A DNA stretch of 64,000 nucleotides, from positions 1-64,000 of the forward strand of contig JASANG010001204.1 in NCBI GenBank assembly GCA_030248215.1, written 5' to 3'. Shown here one piece after another: positions 62,466-64,000 of this stretch. A program made the position numbers and the translations under genes. Each line of letters opens with the position of its first letter. Positions within the stretch are counted from its first letter, which is position 1. A model generated the notes under the pieces. The model worked only from the letters and a program-made list of their open reading frames with translations. It ran no database searches and was not told where the DNA came from. This DNA is from Enoplolaimus lenunculus (taxonomy: Eukaryota).

Positions 62466-64000
62466 TTTAATTATTATACTGGTTGTACTATTGTGACAAT
62501 GTTATAAAATATTTAAGCTTTTTGCTTTACAAAGCAGCCATGTGTGATTTAAAAGGCCGCCGACAGAGGCGGATCCAGAAATTTGTGACGGGAGCGCTGG
62601 AAAATGTAACGAAGAGCAATTTTTGCTGTTTGCTATATATGATATTGGCAGTGAAAAATTATAAGGTAGGCTTATCATTTTATCACAAGTTTTCCGAGGA
62701 AAAACATACTTTTTTTACAAAAAATTTTCTGAGGGGAAAAATTGTAAGGCAAGGGACTTTACCATATTATCACAAAAACTTTCGACGGGGGTGTACGCTT
62801 CCCCTCTCAGTCTGCTAGTGCCGAAAGTTGTATATAATAGTGGAAAAGTAGAGTTAATTCATACTCCAAAATACAGATATTCCGATACTAATACCGATAC
62901 AGAATTTTTTGCTAATGATCGCGGCATGATACCAACAGCGATGATACTTAACTAGTACACCAAACCGAAAAACTTGGAAATTGGAAATAAAAATTGTCCG
63001 TGACTGATGCAAATACATGCAATCGTGCTCTGAAATCCACCCCCTTTAACAAGTCAGTAACATGAGCGACTGTATTTCAGAGTTCCGTTCCGTCTACAGT
63101 AATTTTATGTTCACCATTCAAAAAAATTGCTTACATAAACCTATCTTAACAAATCAGAATTTCAAAAACCCTGTTAAAACCAACGCTAAGTTTTAGCCTG
63201 TATCTGGGGCCCACGCTATTTTCGTAACTGTTTCATGATAAGTATATATCTGTTAGATGCCACACAATTATATATTCAGCTCAATTAGCCATATCGATAT
63301 GCTTTCAAAAATACAAATACCGCTACCTTAATTTTACTAACACCGACACCTACATTTCAGTTCAAAACCAGAGAAAAACTCACGAACAAAGCGAGCCAGA
63401 AGCCAAAGCAATTTTAGTACTGAATTTTAGCACGAAGTTGTGATTTGAGGTCTGCCGAACCTTCGTCTGTGTTCCCTTAGATCCGCAAATGATATTAAAC
63501 TATCTTTAGGTCTGCATTTCATAAAAGTTTTAGTCGTTTTAAAATCCATTTAAAATCACTTCAAAGAACATTTTTTATTGTCCATGTTCTCAGGAACCAT
63601 TCGTTCCATAAACCGGAAACGGAAATGAGGCCATGTTAAACGTTTTACACTTGAAAAGGTAACGAGTATGTTAATTACAACGGTGATCGATAGGCGCTTT
63701 GGTGCAAATGAACCCACATAAAAAATGTTTCATGCTTTTGTTTTCGACATTTCACCAAGGCTGCTAGCCAAGAAATGTGTTATGCCGGTATAAGGGGCAT
63801 TCTTCACATGCAGAAAGCACTCAGACCTCAAACTCGCTTTCATGCAACAGTGAAACCCAAGTATGTCAGAATTCGACAACAATTCTTTAGTGAACTGAAT
63901 TGCTGACACTGGCAGCGGTTTTGAAAATGAAAATTAATTTTCAGATGGTAATAAAGCTTACTGCCGTTCGTATTTTACATTTGAAATTTATCAATTTCAA

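Overview
AT-rich, intron-rich eukaryotic DNA, most likely from a nematode (dispersed TTAGGC telomere-type repeats, a TWK-family channel). I reconstructed three spliced genes by hand, all on the minus strand, from GT-AG junctions with consistent phases. (1) A WDR54-like WD40 gene: 6 exons, ATG at 5186, 3' part not found and probably beyond the left edge. (2) A ~769-aa two-pore-domain K+ channel with two C-terminal fibronectin type-III domains (TWK-30-like, 13 exons, 10013-29159); its second selectivity filter reads K-I-G-F-G instead of T-I-G-F-G. (3) A ~1240-aa largely disordered protein ending in CCDC181/CCDC34-like 'AFxAWLxxK' coiled-coil repeats (9 exons, 43662-62465). Introns and intergenic DNA are packed with non-autonomous elements: Tc1/mariner-type TA-site MITEs, hAT-type 8-bp-TSD MITEs, GGCC-ended 8-bp-TSD MITEs carrying TTAGGC repeats, TTAA piggyBac-type MITEs with a tRNA-derived cassette, a probable solo LTR, long inverted repeats around a decayed SGNH-hydrolase ORF, and several tandem arrays. 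There is no CRISPR array, rRNA or intact tRNA. All homology calls are from memory of the families, not from database searches.
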